This document shows positions 10,955-21,643 of a DNA stretch of 64,000 bases, piece by piece. Under the pieces are notes generated by a model. That model was not told where the DNA came from, searched no databases, and saw only the letters and a list, made by a program, of their open reading frames with translations. The position numbers and the translations under genes are program-made. The stretch covers positions 192,001 to 256,000 of the forward strand of contig OZ243927.1 in NCBI GenBank assembly GCA_965213925.1, written 5' to 3'. Position 1 is the stretch's first letter, and the number at the start of each line of letters is the position of its first letter. The DNA is from Trueperaceae bacterium (GTDB lineage: Bacteria; Deinococcota; Deinococci; Deinococcales; Trueperaceae).

Positions 10955-11641
10955 GTGACATTGCGCCGCCCCGGTACCGTCCCCGAAGCCTTGTGGAACG
11001 ACCTCGTGAGTATCGGCACGCCCACTCAGGTGGAGATGGGCGAACTCCTTTGGGAACCAGGTGACGCACACGAGGGTGAGAGCTATCTGGTCGTGCGCGG
11101 GCTCGTGCGGCTCTACCATCCGAGCCGCAAAGGGGAAGCGGTCACGCTCTTGGTGGTGGGCGCGGGTGGTCTCGTGGGGCATCATCCCACCGATCAATTT
11201 GAAGCGAGCCGCCCCCACGCGACGGGCGCTGAGGTGCTCTGCTCGAGTACCCTCCTCGCGCTCCCCGCCGAGCGCATTATGTGCTGGTTGCAGGAAACGG
11301 ACAAGACCAGTACCACCTTTATACAGTGGTTACGCCACACCGTGGAACAACAGTTAGACGAGACCTATACCCGTTTAGAGCTAGAACACGACACCGCCAA
11401 AGCCAAAGTCGCTCACGTTCTCTTGACACTCGACCGACAAGCCCTCTTGGACCGCATGACGCGCCAGCAGATTGCCGACCTCGCCAACTTGACCATTGAG
11501 ACCCCCGTGCGCACCATCTCGCAGTTTTTACGTGAAGGGGTGCTTAAAGGCTCACGTTTTACGGTGCTGAATGACGCGGAGCGGTTCGCGTTAGCGGCAC
11601 TTTTGGAGCCGTTCGAACCCGACGAACTACCCTACAGCTAA
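10955..11641 (+). CDS. Crp/Fnr-family transcriptional regulator
   Basis: cNMP-like barrel (YLVVRGLVRL) and C-terminal HTH TRQQIADLANLTIET..R. Confidence 0.8.
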   Translation: MTLRRPGTVPEALWNDLVSIGTPTQVEMGELLWEPGDAHEGESYLVVRGLVRLYHPSRKGEAVTLLVVGAGGLVGHHPTDQFEASRPHATGAEVLCSSTLLALPAERIMCWLQETDKTSTTFIQWLRHTVEQQLDETYTRLELEHDTAKAKVAHVLLTLDRQALLDRMTRQQIADLANLTIETPVRTISQFLREGVLKGSRFTVLNDAERFALAALLEPFEPDELPYS

Positions 11642-11647
11642 GTTTCC

Positions 11648-12055
11648 TCACGCCCTTTTCAGCGGGTAGAGGGTGACGCCTTCGCCGACGAGGTGGTAAT
11701 GCACGAGCAGCGTCTCACGCAGCGGGTCGGGGAACACTGTCAGGGTAAGCGTGTAGCCCTCCCCCTCGTGCGTCACCGTGGACAGCGGAATAAAGGGCTC
11801 GGGCGTGCTGAGCCGGTAGCGGTTCACCCGCTTGACCTTCACCCAGCCGTCCGGCTTAGCGATGATGAACCCTAAGTCGCGGAGTTGCGGCCCGCCCGTC
11901 GAGGGGTAGTAGACCTCGTTGACAATGCCGAAACCGAGCGTTGCCTAGAGGCGGCTAGGACCGAGCGCGGTAGTGACGGCGTCCTTGGCGGAAGAGGACC
12001 AGGTCGGCGCAATGCCGGGCTGTCCGGGAGCACCTAAAACCGAAGTCGTGTCCAT
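11648..12055 (-). pseudogene. N-terminal fragment of a GH15 glucoamylase/glucodextranase
   Basis: APGQPGIAPTWSSSAKDAV..GIVNEVYYP; in-frame TAG at 11945-11947; truncated. Confidence 0.8.
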
Positions 12056-12056
12056 C

Positions 12057-12839
12057 TCAGCCTCCATGTGCGAAGTCGGGGTAGTCGGTCATGCCGCCGT
12101 CCACAAAGACGGTCGTCCCCGTGACGTACCCTGCCACGTCTGAAACGAGCACCACCGCCATGTTCGCCACATCCGCGACCTCACCAATGCGGTTGAGAGG
12201 GATTTTCTCCAGCAGGTCTTTCGACATCGCTGGGTCTGACCAGACCGAGCGGTTGATGGACGTTTTGACAGCTCCTGGCGCGAGCGCTAAGACGCGAACC
12301 CCGTGCGGCGCAGCCTCTTGTGAAAGCGTGCGCGTCAGCATCGAGACGCCCGCTTTGGCGGCGGTGTAGGCGCTGTAGCCCGTCCAGGGGATGACCTCAT
12401 GCACCGAACTGAGGTTTAAGATGACGCCGCTTTTTTGCGGCACCATCCTCTTAAGCGCTTCATGCGAGCAGCTAAACGCGCCGAAGAGGTTGACCTCTAG
12501 GACTTTGCGCCACGCGGCGAAGTCCGCTTCCCACGCGACTTGGCGTTTGCCGTCGATACCTGCGTTGTTCACTAAGATGTCGAGTCCGCCCCACGTCTTG
12601 TCAAGCTGAGCGAACATCGCTTCTACTTCTTTAGGGTCAGCGACATCCGCTTTGAGCGCGAACGCTTCACTCTCCGCTGCTTGCAAGCGTTCGACAACCG
12701 CGTCGGCGTCCTCGGGTCTGCTCACGTAGTTCACCGCGACCTTCGCGCCTGCTGCGCTCAAGGCTAACGCTATCGCCTCACCGATACCTGAGTTTGCGCC
12801 TGTGACCAGGGCGCGTTTGCCTGCTAGGGAAATGTTCAC
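12057..12839 (-). CDS. SDR oxidoreductase (glucose 1-dehydrogenase-like)
   Basis: TGANSGIG, NNAG, SSVHE.IPW, YTAAK; GTG start after GAGG. Confidence 0.9.
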   Translation of the reverse strand: MNISLAGKRALVTGANSGIGEAIALALSAAGAKVAVNYVSRPEDADAVVERLQAAESEAFALKADVADPKEVEAMFAQLDKTWGGLDILVNNAGIDGKRQVAWEADFAAWRKVLEVNLFGAFSCSHEALKRMVPQKSGVILNLSSVHEVIPWTGYSAYTAAKAGVSMLTRTLSQEAAPHGVRVLALAPGAVKTSINRSVWSDPAMSKDLLEKIPLNRIGEVADVANMAVVLVSDVAGYVTGTTVFVDGGMTDYPDFAHGG

Positions 12840-13250
12840 ATTGACCTCGCTTCGAGCGCGGGTATACGGCGCGTTGCGTGGGCGCTCAGAACCACGCGAC
12901 TTCAAGTCTTGCTATAAAAGCAGCACACCTTTATGACCCTTAGCTTACAGGGTGTCTACTTCCCGCCATACTGACGCAAATCAATTTTAATGAGCGCTTC
13001 TCACCCAACTTGATTTGCGTCATTCTTCTCTATCCTTCACAGTCTTAATCTGTCCGAGTAAGGAGGACGAGATAGCAACCATTTCAGAGAACAAGGTGAA
13101 CAACACCCAACCCCAGGAGGAAAAACGACTCGGCAGCGTTTTTATCCTCTTCCCCCTACTCGCCGCCCTTTTAATCGCCACCATGCTGACGCCCGGCGGC
13201 GTCCGGCAGAGCTTAGGCTCCACCCAAATGTACCGCAACTCATCCGTAAC

Positions 13251-13976
13251 TTGCCCGTCCCCGCTCAGGTTCAGCCGCAGCTCGTAGACGCCTACCGCTC
13301 GGCGGTAGGGCAGCTCGGCAGCTTGACCTCAGGCCTCTCGAACGGCCTCGAGACCTTCGTCTTGAGGAACACTCTCGTTAGCGACCTCACGACGATCACC
13401 AGTAGCCTCATCGACCTCTTCGCCCTCTTGGCGCTGACGAGCTATATGCTGATGCCGCAGGTGACGCGCCTTCTCGTCCGCGTGTTCCCCGAGCCTCATC
13501 AGCCCACTGCTAAAGATGTAGTGAGCAAGTTCGAGCACGCCGTCGGCGGCTACTTTCGGGGGCAGCTTCTGATCGCCAGCACCGTCGGGGCGATGGTCGG
13601 TCTGGGGCTGTAGTTGCTCGGCGTGCCTTTAGCGCTCTCCTTAGGCTTTCTAGCAGGTCTGTTCAACCTCGTGTCCTATCTGGGCGTGATCATTTCGACG
13701 CTGCCCGCCCTGCTTTTAGCGGCGGGCGTCGGGGGGTGGCAGGTGCTGGGCGTGCTGGGCGTGGTGGCGGCGAATCAGCTCGAGACCTACATCCTCTCGC
13801 CCATCATCTTGAGCCGCAGCACCCAGCTTCACCCAGCGGCGATCATTATCGCTATCCTGATCGGCGCGAGCTTGAGGGGTATTGTAGGTGCACTCGTTGC
13901 GGTGCCCCTAGTCGCCTTTCTCAAACTCCTCTATGAGGACTACTACTAGAAGAGTCATTTTTATGAGAAGGGCTGA
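13251..13976 (+). pseudogene. AI-2E (PerM) family transporter, degraded
   Basis: GGYFRGQL, LAGLFNLVSYLG, LHP..III; in-frame TAG at 13611 and 13947; 5' part disrupted. Confidence 0.8.
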
Positions 13977-13983
13977 GTAACCT

Positions 13984-14577
13984 ATGATCAACCTGCAACA
14001 GTTTCTGCTTACCGCGTCTTACCTGGGCATCTTCGCCATGCTCTTCACCGAGACCGGGCTTTTGGTCGGCTTCTTCTTACCCGGTGACAGCTTGCTCGTC
14101 ACGGCAGGTATCCTGGCAGCTTACGGCACGCTCTCGCTCCCGCTCGTGATGGTCGCGGGCGTAGCGGGGGCGATTGCGGGTGACTCGGTGGGCTACTTCA
14201 TCGGGGAAAAGACGAGTCCGCGCCTCTTTCACCGCCCTAAGTCGCGCTTTTTCAACCCGGAGAACGTGCGGCGGGCGCAGGACTACTTCGACCAGTACGG
14301 CGCGAAGACGCTCATCTTAGCTCGCTTTATTCCAGTGGTGCGCACCTTTGCGCCGATCGTTGCGGGCGTTGCGAAGATGCCCTACGGGCGCTTTCTCAGC
14401 TACAACGCGCTGGGCGGAGTTTTGTGGGGCGCAGGCGTGCCACTGGTCAGCTACTTTTTGGGGAGTCTCATCCCGAACTTGGACCAGTACCTCTTGCTCA
14501 TCATCGGCCTTGTCGTGGTGGTGTCAGTGATTCCGGTGGGGTTGGAGTTGCTGCGAGCCCGCCGCCGTCACGCCTAG
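13984..14577 (+). CDS. DedA family membrane protein
   Basis: ETGLLVGFFLPGDSLL, ARFIPVVRTFAP. Confidence 0.95.
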   Translation: MINLQQFLLTASYLGIFAMLFTETGLLVGFFLPGDSLLVTAGILAAYGTLSLPLVMVAGVAGAIAGDSVGYFIGEKTSPRLFHRPKSRFFNPENVRRAQDYFDQYGAKTLILARFIPVVRTFAPIVAGVAKMPYGRFLSYNALGGVLWGAGVPLVSYFLGSLIPNLDQYLLLIIGLVVVVSVIPVGLELLRARRRHA

Positions 14578-14609
14578 GTTGCTTGAAAAACCGAATCACG
14601 GAGGTTTCC

Positions 14610-14820
14610 ATGTCCGAACGCTCGTCTATAACCGACGCACCCCGAGAGGATAATCACTCCCTTTCCAGAGCCGACTTGCAGGAGCACTGGCGCGATGAAG
14701 CCGAGTCCGCCCACCTCTACGCCGCGCTTGCGCCGCGCATGAAAGACGCCGGGGAGCGCCAGACCTTGGAGCGCTTAGCCCGCGAAGAAACTGCCCATAA
14801 AGAGCTTTTTGAGCGATTTC
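14610..14820 (+). pseudogene. N-terminal ferritin/rubrerythrin-like fragment (VIT1/CCC1-type protein)
   Basis: DEAESAHLYAALA..LERLAREETAH; RBS GGAGG; then breaks off. Confidence 0.55.
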
Positions 14821-15201
14821 CGTCACCCCTTCGCCCAACTCGTCCAGGATGCGCAGCAAGGTCTCTACCGAAGCGGTGCGGTCGAAAAAGCCCATCTCGA
14901 AGTGATCGGGCTCCAAGGGCGTGCGGTCATAGATGGCGGCCGTTGTAGAGCGGTCCGTAGCGCCTATCGGCTGGAACGACGACCTGCCAGACGTTGCGCA
15001 CGTTGATGAGACCTACCGCCGCCTCGCCACTCAGCTTACGCGCCAAAATCCAGCGCCACACCTTAGCAAAAACACGTTGCCCGGTCAGCACCCTATTCGT
15101 CACCGAGTAGGGGTAGAGGGTGACGATTTCGGTGTCGGCGAGGCGTTCCTCGAGCCGCTTCATGAACGTGACTTCATCTGGCGCGAGGAACCGAGATTGG
15201 T

Positions 15202-15580
15202 ATGCCACTTTTCGCTGCAATTTTTACGGCAGGCTACCTTCTGGCGGGGCTGGCGTTTGCGACCTCGAGCTGCTCGTGCTCATTGGATGAATTTATCGGT
15301 GCGTTCGCCATCACCTGCGACGTGACGGTCATCGCTGCTGGGCTCGCATTAGGGGCGCTCTTCGTGCGCTCGTTGACATTTCTGATGGCGGAGAAGGAAC
15401 TACTGAAAACTCGGTGTTTCTCAGGCACGGGGCTCACTATACGATTGGCGCGTTAGCGCAGATTATACTCTTAGGAGTGAGCCCAGCGGTGCAGGTGCCA
15501 GAAGCAATGACAGGACTCGTCGGGGTGATGCTCATCAGGTTGGCGGCGCTACCGTTGAGGAGGCGCTTGGACGTTGTCGA
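15202..15580 (+). pseudogene. DUF475/TerC-like membrane protein C-terminal fragment
   Basis: IGAFAIT, GALFVRSLT, HGAHYTIGALA, VPEAMTGLVG across two frames. Confidence 0.65.
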
Positions 15581-15657
15581 GGTGGGAAAGAAGCCGATTG
15601 AGCACGTTGCAAAGCGTTCTCGTCTCTCGCATTGCAGCCCACGAGGTCTGGTCGGCT

Positions 15658-16326
15658 CTACTCCCGGTCCACAAGCTTAGGCAACGGATCATAGACAACA
15701 CGTTCGCAGTGGAGCGGGTTCCCGCTCGAGACCCCCAGGTGTAGATGTGGTGGTGTATCCGCAGCGTTGCCCGTCGTGCCGACGTAGCCGAGCAGCGTGT
15801 TGGTTGCGACCTCTTGCCCCTCAAAAAGTCTGTCGGCGTAGCGCTCTAAGTGCGCGTAGTAGTAGCGCAACCCACCCGCGCCTATAACGGTCACGGTCTT
15901 ACCTCCTAGCCTGCGCTCTGAAATGCGCCAAACGAAGCCGGATGTCGCCGAGTAGATAGGGGTGCCACGCGGCGCGAAGATATCTTGACCCGCATGAATA
16001 CGCCCACCCCCACGCGGTGCGCTCCAGGTATCGACAACCTGATCGGCGCGCACACCCTCGACGGGCATAACAAGCCTTGCGTCAGCCTCTTCGGGGAGTC
16101 TTTGCAAGTAGTCGGGCAGGCGCTCTAAGTACACCTCCCACTCGTCCACCTCACGCTGCCACTCGAGCCTCTGTGCTTCATTCGTAGGCTGCCACGAGGG
16201 GAGGCAGCCGGTTTGGGCAAATGAAGATGGAAGTCCGAGGAAAAATCCAACCGCGCATAGAAGCAGACCTCTGATCAGCACCTTGCTCGTTATGTTATCT
16301 CCGTCCATATCACGCATCAGCCTCAC
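15658..16326 (-). CDS. M23 family metallopeptidase
   Basis: HAGQDIFA, YYYAHL, PPHLHLG; signal peptide; true start may be slightly downstream. Confidence 0.9.
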   Translation of the reverse strand: MRLMRDMDGDNITSKVLIRGLLLCAVGFFLGLPSSFAQTGCLPSWQPTNEAQRLEWQREVDEWEVYLERLPDYLQRLPEEADARLVMPVEGVRADQVVDTWSAPRGGGRIHAGQDIFAPRGTPIYSATSGFVWRISERRLGGKTVTVIGAGGLRYYYAHLERYADRLFEGQEVATNTLLGYVGTTGNAADTPPHLHLGVSSGNPLHCERVVYDPLPKLVDRE

Positions 16327-17162
16327 CCCGTCAGATGATCACGCCAGGAGTGCTTAGGCTCGTAGCCGAGTAGCCTCTTTGCCCTGTCGATGGCGAGTAG
16401 GGTGCCGAACTCCGAGAGGTCGTCCTCTACTGTTACGTCAGAGAAAACCTCACTCGTCAGCTCGCGCGAGGGTCGGTTCATCACCGTGTCGGCGGCAGCG
16501 ATAATGAAGTTCTCCGAACCGGCGATATTCGCTGTGAGCGCTACCCGGCACGCCTGCCCCACATCCCGCTCGTCCACATAGCCCCATAAATTCCATTTGC
16601 GCAAGTGTGCGTCAGCCCAGTACTCGGGGAACTGCTGGTAGACCTCTGGGTTCAAGATGTTCGAGAAACGCAAGCCGACGAAGGGGATGCCGCTCCAGCG
16701 GTTGAACTGCTCAGCGATGGTCTCGCTTGCAACCTTCGAGAGCGCATAGGACGACTCAGGCAGCGGGTAGTGCGCCTCGTCCACCGGAGCGTAGCGCGGC
16801 GGCGTATCGAAAGGTAGACCTAGCGTGGTCTCGCTAGACGCCCACACCACCCGCTGGAGTCCGTGACTAACGGCAGCCGAGAAGACGTTGTAGTTCATGG
16901 TGATGTTTTCAGAAAAGGTGCGCCCCGGCGTATAGAGGTCGGGCGCGGGGATGTTCGCCATATGCACGACGGCGTCCGCACCCCTTAGCACCTCGAGCAC
17001 CTGCCCTAAGTCAGTCAGGTCCGCTTGCAAGCTGGGCGCGTTCAGGTCATCCGGTGCAGCTAGGCGGTCTACTCCGGTGACTGTATACCCGTGAGTGAGC
17101 AGTTCTTGGGCGGCGGCGCGACCTGCTTTGCCACTCGAGCCCGTGACGACGATGTGTTGCAC
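16323..17162 (-). CDS. NAD-dependent epimerase/dehydratase
   Basis: VTGSSGKAG, YALSK; GTG start inferred. Confidence 0.9.
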   Translation of the reverse strand: MQHIVVTGSSGKAGRAAAQELLTHGYTVTGVDRLAAPDDLNAPSLQADLTDLGQVLEVLRGADAVVHMANIPAPDLYTPGRTFSENITMNYNVFSAAVSHGLQRVVWASSETTLGLPFDTPPRYAPVDEAHYPLPESSYALSKVASETIAEQFNRWSGIPFVGLRFSNILNPEVYQQFPEYWADAHLRKWNLWGYVDERDVGQACRVALTANIAGSENFIIAAADTVMNRPSRELTSEVFSDVTVEDDLSEFGTLLAIDRAKRLLGYEPKHSWRDHLTG

Positions 17163-17172
17163 CTCGTCCCCC

Positions 17173-18171
17173 TCAACCGTCCCGCTCGTCGGGCATAGGG
17201 GCGGGTTTGTTACCAAGGATGCTTTCGATACGCGCCGTGACCTTAGGCTCGAGCTTATCCACGACATCTAGCGCCTGCATGTTCTGTTCGATCTGTTCGG
17301 GCTTGCTGGCTCCGGTGATGACGGTAGATACGTCCGGGTTCTTTAAGCACCAAGCCAGCGCGAGCTGCGCCGTCGTGCAGCCTAAGTCATCGGCGACCTG
17401 GGCGAGCTTCTGCACCTTTCCTAACTGGGCTCTGCCGTCCTCGGTCTCGAGCCTCTCTTTAAGCCATTCGTACCCCTCGGTGTCCAAGCGGCTTCCCTCG
17501 GGAACGCCACCATTGTATTTGCCCGTCAACAGCCCACTTGCTAACGGGCTCCAGGTGGTCAGACCCAGCGTGTAGTCGCGGTAGAGCGGTCGGTATTCGG
17601 TCTCGACGCGCGCACGGTGAAACATGTTGTACTGCGGCTGCTCCATCAAAGGACCGATCAAGTGCTCACGGCGGGCGACTTCAAAGGCTTGGCGGAGCTG
17701 CTCAGCGGACCACTCGCTGGTTCCCCAGTAGAAGGCGAGCCCCTGGTCGATGAGGAAGTTCATCGCCCGCACTGTCTCTTCGATGGGCGTATTCGGGTCG
17801 GGTCGGTGACAAAACACCAGGTCCACGTAGTCGAGTTGCAACCGCTCCAAGGACGCGCGTGTTCCCTCGATAACGTGCTTGCGTGAGAGACCGAGGTCGT
17901 TAGGTCCGTCGCCGCCCCAGAAGATTTTGGTCGACACGACGATGTCGCTGCGCTTCCAGCCGAGCTTCTTGATGACATTGCCCATGACCGTCTCAGCTTT
18001 GCCGCTGCCGTACTCTTCGGCGTTGTCGAAGAAGTTGACACCGTGTTCATAGGCGGTTTTCATCAAATCAGTGGCGACGTCTTCACCGATCTGTTCACCG
18101 AAGGTGACCCACGCACCGAACGAAAGTGCCGAGACCTTGAGACCTGAGTTGCCGAGGTAGGTGTACTTCAT
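17173..18171 (-). CDS. Aldo/keto reductase (Kv-beta-like)
   Basis: [36 protein letters not shown]. Confidence 0.95.
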   Translation of the reverse strand: MKYTYLGNSGLKVSALSFGAWVTFGEQIGEDVATDLMKTAYEHGVNFFDNAEEYGSGKAETVMGNVIKKLGWKRSDIVVSTKIFWGGDGPNDLGLSRKHVIEGTRASLERLQLDYVDLVFCHRPDPNTPIEETVRAMNFLIDQGLAFYWGTSEWSAEQLRQAFEVARREHLIGPLMEQPQYNMFHRARVETEYRPLYRDYTLGLTTWSPLASGLLTGKYNGGVPEGSRLDTEGYEWLKERLETEDGRAQLGKVQKLAQVADDLGCTTAQLALAWCLKNPDVSTVITGASKPEQIEQNMQALDVVDKLEPKVTARIESILGNKPAPMPDERDG

Positions 18172-18325
18172 AAGGCTCCTTTCAGAGTGAAGGCTAAGCA
18201 GTTCTGGAAGCTATCATAGACTTCGCTTAAGAAATGGGGTGGGGAGCGTGGTTGCCATCAGATCACCGAAAGAGCGCGGCAGAATACGGCGGCTACTGCT
18301 GTATTCAGATTTGGCCGCTTGAGGG

Positions 18326-18356
18326 CTGTGCGCCAGATGCGCGTTACACGTAATAA
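18326..18356. repeat. 32-bp site family, copy S1 (degenerate)
   Basis: CTGTGCGCCAGAT GCGCGT TACACGTAATAA. Confidence 0.45.
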
Positions 18357-18448
18357 CGCCGCCAGCCTGAAAACTTCGATGTTTTCGCGAAAGAGGGGGC
18401 ACCACCTACAGCTTCGATACGGAGGCGGGGACGTTAGAGGTCACGCCC

Positions 18449-18880
18449 TTGGGTCACGCTTTGCTCTTGCTCGAGCTAGGCGACACCGTCATCCACGTTG
18501 ACCCTTACAGCGAGGTTGCCGACTACAGCCAACAGCCCGACGCGGACTGGGTCTGGATCACCTACGAACACGGCGATCACTTAGACCCAGCCACTCTGCA
18601 AGAGGTCGTAATTGAGGGAACGCGCTTTGTGATGGACAGCTACTCAGCCAAACAGTACACCTCGGAAGGTGCGGGAAGTGGAGGCGCAGAGAGCAACATC
18701 AACATCATGGCGAACGGCGACAGCTTAGAACTCGATGGCTTCACCTTGCAAGCCGTCCCTTCGTATAACATTGTGCGCGAGCGCGACGGCGGGCAGAAGT
18801 ATCACCCCGAAGGCTGGTACAACGGGTACGTGCTAGAAATCGGTGATTTTCGGTTGCACATCGGCGGCGACACCGAGTGC
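18449..18880 (+). pseudogene. MBL-fold metallohydrolase fragment
   Basis: IHVDP, ITYEHGDH (degraded metal motif), HPEG..NGY, GDTE; truncated. Confidence 0.7.
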
Positions 18881-19224
18881 GTGGGACGCGCTCGATGTGC
18901 AGAGCCACGGTGTAGCGCTCACACCTGACGAGCAAGAGGTGTGGGTGGCGGACAACGGCAACAAATACTTGCACCTCTTCGACGTAAGCGCTCTACCGAA
19001 AGAGGCTCCGACATATCTCGAGAGCATTGAGCTGCCGAGCCGACTGGATACAGTTTTCACGCGATGGACGTTTTGCCTACTCGGGAGGCGAGGTGATCGA
19101 CGCCGCCACACGGCAAGTCGTCGAGAAAACGTCGTCCGCTAAAGTGCGCATCCAAATCGACTTCGTGAACAAAAAGCCTATCCACGCCTATGTGCGTTAC
19201 GGGCTCAGGTATGAAACTGACTGA
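18880..19224 (+). pseudogene. YVTN/YncE-like beta-propeller C-terminal fragment
   Basis: SHGVALTPDEQEVWVAD then WIQFSRDGRFAY in another frame. Confidence 0.6.
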
Positions 19225-19308
19225 GCTGTACAAATATAAAGTGGATTTGGCGTGAGTCTGGCTGTGTGCGGCTCAGTGGCTGGACGATTGCCTTGTTGTC
19301 GTGCGGTT

Positions 19309-19340
19309 TTAGGTCGGAGTAGCGCGCAACTCGCGCAGAA
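19309..19340. repeat. 32-bp site family, copy S2
   Basis: TTAGGTCGGAGTA GCGCGC AACTCGCGCAGAA. Confidence 0.75.
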
Positions 19341-19384
19341 GGTTTATGCCAGTTTTGAGATTTGCACCGTGCTAAACTAGAGCT

Positions 19385-19780
19385 GTGGACGCCCTCGAAC
19401 TCCAACTCTCGCCCGACGCGCAAGTTGCTTTAGAAGCGCGCGCAACCGCCCATGCCCGCTCTTTGGAGGAGGAAGCGCGCGCCCTCCTCGAAGCAGCGCT
19501 CGCGGTCGAGACGCCCAACGACGTTCAGCTCGAGCAACTCACTGTTTTAGACGACGCTCAACTGTGGCAAGTTGCCAAGCAGCGTGTCGCAGACGAGCAG
19601 AGCGAACGGATGCAGGCGCTCGTCGAACGGCGGCAGCGCGAAGGTCTCACGCCCGAGGAAGCTACCGAAGCGCTGCGCTTACAGCGCTACGCCCAACAGG
19701 TGATGCGCTTGCGGGCTGAAGCGGCAGCGCTACTTAAGCGCCGGGGGCACGAGGTCGACAGCCTGCTCACCTCTTCTTAA
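19385..19780 (+). CDS. Putative antitoxin-like DNA-binding protein (FitA/RHH-like N-terminus)
   Basis: ALEARATAHARSLEEEARALL; directly upstream of an HNH gene. Confidence 0.55.
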   Translation: MDALELQLSPDAQVALEARATAHARSLEEEARALLEAALAVETPNDVQLEQLTVLDDAQLWQVAKQRVADEQSERMQALVERRQREGLTPEEATEALRLQRYAQQVMRLRAEAAALLKRRGHEVDSLLTSS

Positions 19781-19789
19781 CCTCAATAG

Positions 19790-20218
19790 GTGTCGAAAAC
19801 CAAGCTATCCCTCGCTCTACGTCGCGAAGTGGCGGCGCATTTCAACTTCCGCTGCGCCTATTGTCAAACCCAGGAAGCGGTAGCAGGGATGCGCTTTATG
19901 GTGGATCACATCATCCCAGAGGTTCTCGGAGGCAGCAGCGATACCGCGAACCTCTGCCTCGCCTGCTGGGACTGCAACCTCGCTAAGGGGCAGCGGGTCG
20001 CCGCGACCGACCCGAACACAGCTCAGCTCGTCCCGCTCTATCATCCGCGCCAACAAGTATGGCGTGAGCACTTCGAGTGGGTGGAGACAGGGCTGAATAT
20101 TGCGGGTAAGACAGCGAGCGGCAGGGCAACAGTTGAAGCCTTAACGCTCAACCGTGAGGCCCTGGTGCAAGCGAGGCGGCTCTGGATTGAGGTGGGCTGG
20201 CACCCGCCTAACGCGTAG
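19790..20218 (+). CDS. HNH endonuclease
   Basis: RCAYC, VDHIIP, NLCLAC..CN, LYHPRQQ.W.EHF. Confidence 0.9.
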   Translation: MSKTKLSLALRREVAAHFNFRCAYCQTQEAVAGMRFMVDHIIPEVLGGSSDTANLCLACWDCNLAKGQRVAATDPNTAQLVPLYHPRQQVWREHFEWVETGLNIAGKTASGRATVEALTLNREALVQARRLWIEVGWHPPNA

Positions 20219-20223
20219 CACTG

Positions 20224-20255
20224 CTGTGCAGCGAACGCGCGCAACTCGCACAGAA
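20224..20255. repeat. 32-bp site family, copy S3
   Basis: CTGTGCAGCGAAC GCGCGC AACTCGCACAGAA. Confidence 0.8.
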
Positions 20256-20697
20256 GGCTTTAGGGAAAGGCCCGTTCTGCGACTTAAAATTTTTTTATTC
20301 TTTACGCTCATACTTTAAGTGTGCCGCAGCCCGGACAGACCGCCTTCTGGTTCGCTCACAAGCCAGGCGGCATTGAAACACTCCGCTCCGACTCCTTCGA
20401 CCCAGCCTACCTCAAGCACATGCACATCACCTCGCTGTCGGGGTAGTGGACACGGACGTGGTCGTCAACACCAAGCCGGGGCGAAAAGAGTTGTCTCCCC
20501 GCGAACAGCGTGCACTTCTTAAATCACAGCGAGGTCCACAGGGACTACGCGCCCGAAGATGTACTTATCAGCTACTGCCCCTTCTACCCAAGCGAGGCCA
20601 AACAGACAGCTCACGTTCACATCACGCTCAGATAACGCCCGCTTTTCTACTTTAGAGATGGCAGAACTTCAAGTAGCTGCCAGAAACGGAGAAAGCG

Positions 20698-21603
20698 ATG
20701 AAAAAGCAAGGCGTCACCATCCTAGTGCTCATATTGGCGTGGGGTTCGCTTGCCCTCGCCCAGACCCCCGACGAGGAGATGAGACAAATTAAGGGTGAGT
20801 ATCGAGCGCTCATCACCGCACAGCAACCTTCTAGCGGCGACCTTAGCGAAGACGAAGAGATGAGAGAGATTAAGCGCGCGTACAGAGCCTTCAGACTCGA
20901 GCAGCAGACCGAAGCGCTCTCGAGAACCCTCGAGCTAAGCTTCGTCAACCATTTACAAGCAGGCATGGCCGCCGAACAAGACGTTCACCTCGAGCATGAG
21001 GGTGTGGGCGGCGTGTTTCGGGTTACAGCTGAAGACACTGACATGGTCACGATGCTCTACGCCGCTGCTGATGGCAAACACCACGACCCGACCAACCCGG
21101 ACGCGGTCGGACCCTTCTCCAAAGGCGTTCCTTTGGGCGTAAAGTTGGGTGATTGGCTGGCGGGCAGCGGCGAAGCTGAGGTCACGTGTCGTGACGGCTC
21201 GGCCACCATCAGCGCGAGCTTTCAACAGCTGGTTCCTAACGGCGTCTATACGCTCTGGTACTCGTTTATCGCCCTGCCGCCCACCTCACCCCTGAGCGTC
21301 ATGAACTTGCCTTTAGGCACCCGGGACGGCTCACAGAACGGCTTTGTCGCAGATGAAAACGGCAACGCGGTCTACGCGCTCGAGCTTGCCCCCTGTTTGC
21401 AGTTATCCACCGACCAGGTGGGCACGATGCTCGCGCTCAACTACCACAGCGACGGCAGAACCTACGGATTTGACCCCGGACAATTCGGCTACAACGCGCA
21501 CGTTCAACTCTTTGCGCTGCTCCCGGTTGATGAGGCGGGGGTAGCTGACGTAGAAAAGGACAACGCAAAGAGGAGTAAGCAAAACGAGTCCTACGCTTAT
21601 TGA
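20698..21603 (+). CDS. Hypothetical secreted protein
   Basis: Signal peptide (ALA-Q); internal repeat DEEMRQIK/DEEMREIK; His-rich motifs. Confidence 0.7.
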   Translation: MKKQGVTILVLILAWGSLALAQTPDEEMRQIKGEYRALITAQQPSSGDLSEDEEMREIKRAYRAFRLEQQTEALSRTLELSFVNHLQAGMAAEQDVHLEHEGVGGVFRVTAEDTDMVTMLYAAADGKHHDPTNPDAVGPFSKGVPLGVKLGDWLAGSGEAEVTCRDGSATISASFQQLVPNGVYTLWYSFIALPPTSPLSVMNLPLGTRDGSQNGFVADENGNAVYALELAPCLQLSTDQVGTMLALNYHSDGRTYGFDPGQFGYNAHVQLFALLPVDEAGVADVEKDNAKRSKQNESYAY

Positions 21604-21643
21604 TACGAGGTTGCACGACATAGTTTGCAAACTATGTCGTGCC
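21603..21643 (+). repeat. REP-like hairpin, second copy of the 364-405 element
   Basis: Perfect 30-bp palindrome at 21613-21642 preceded by ATACGAGGTT. Confidence 0.7.

Noticed and set aside
20206..20285. GCCTAAC at the HNH 3' end as an integron attC R'' box
   Set aside because: No matching GTTRRRY or attC-like hairpin downstream; no intI in the window.
20319..20655. Possible integrase or transposase remnant beside site S3
   Set aside because: Short broken frames with no diagnostic catalytic motif.
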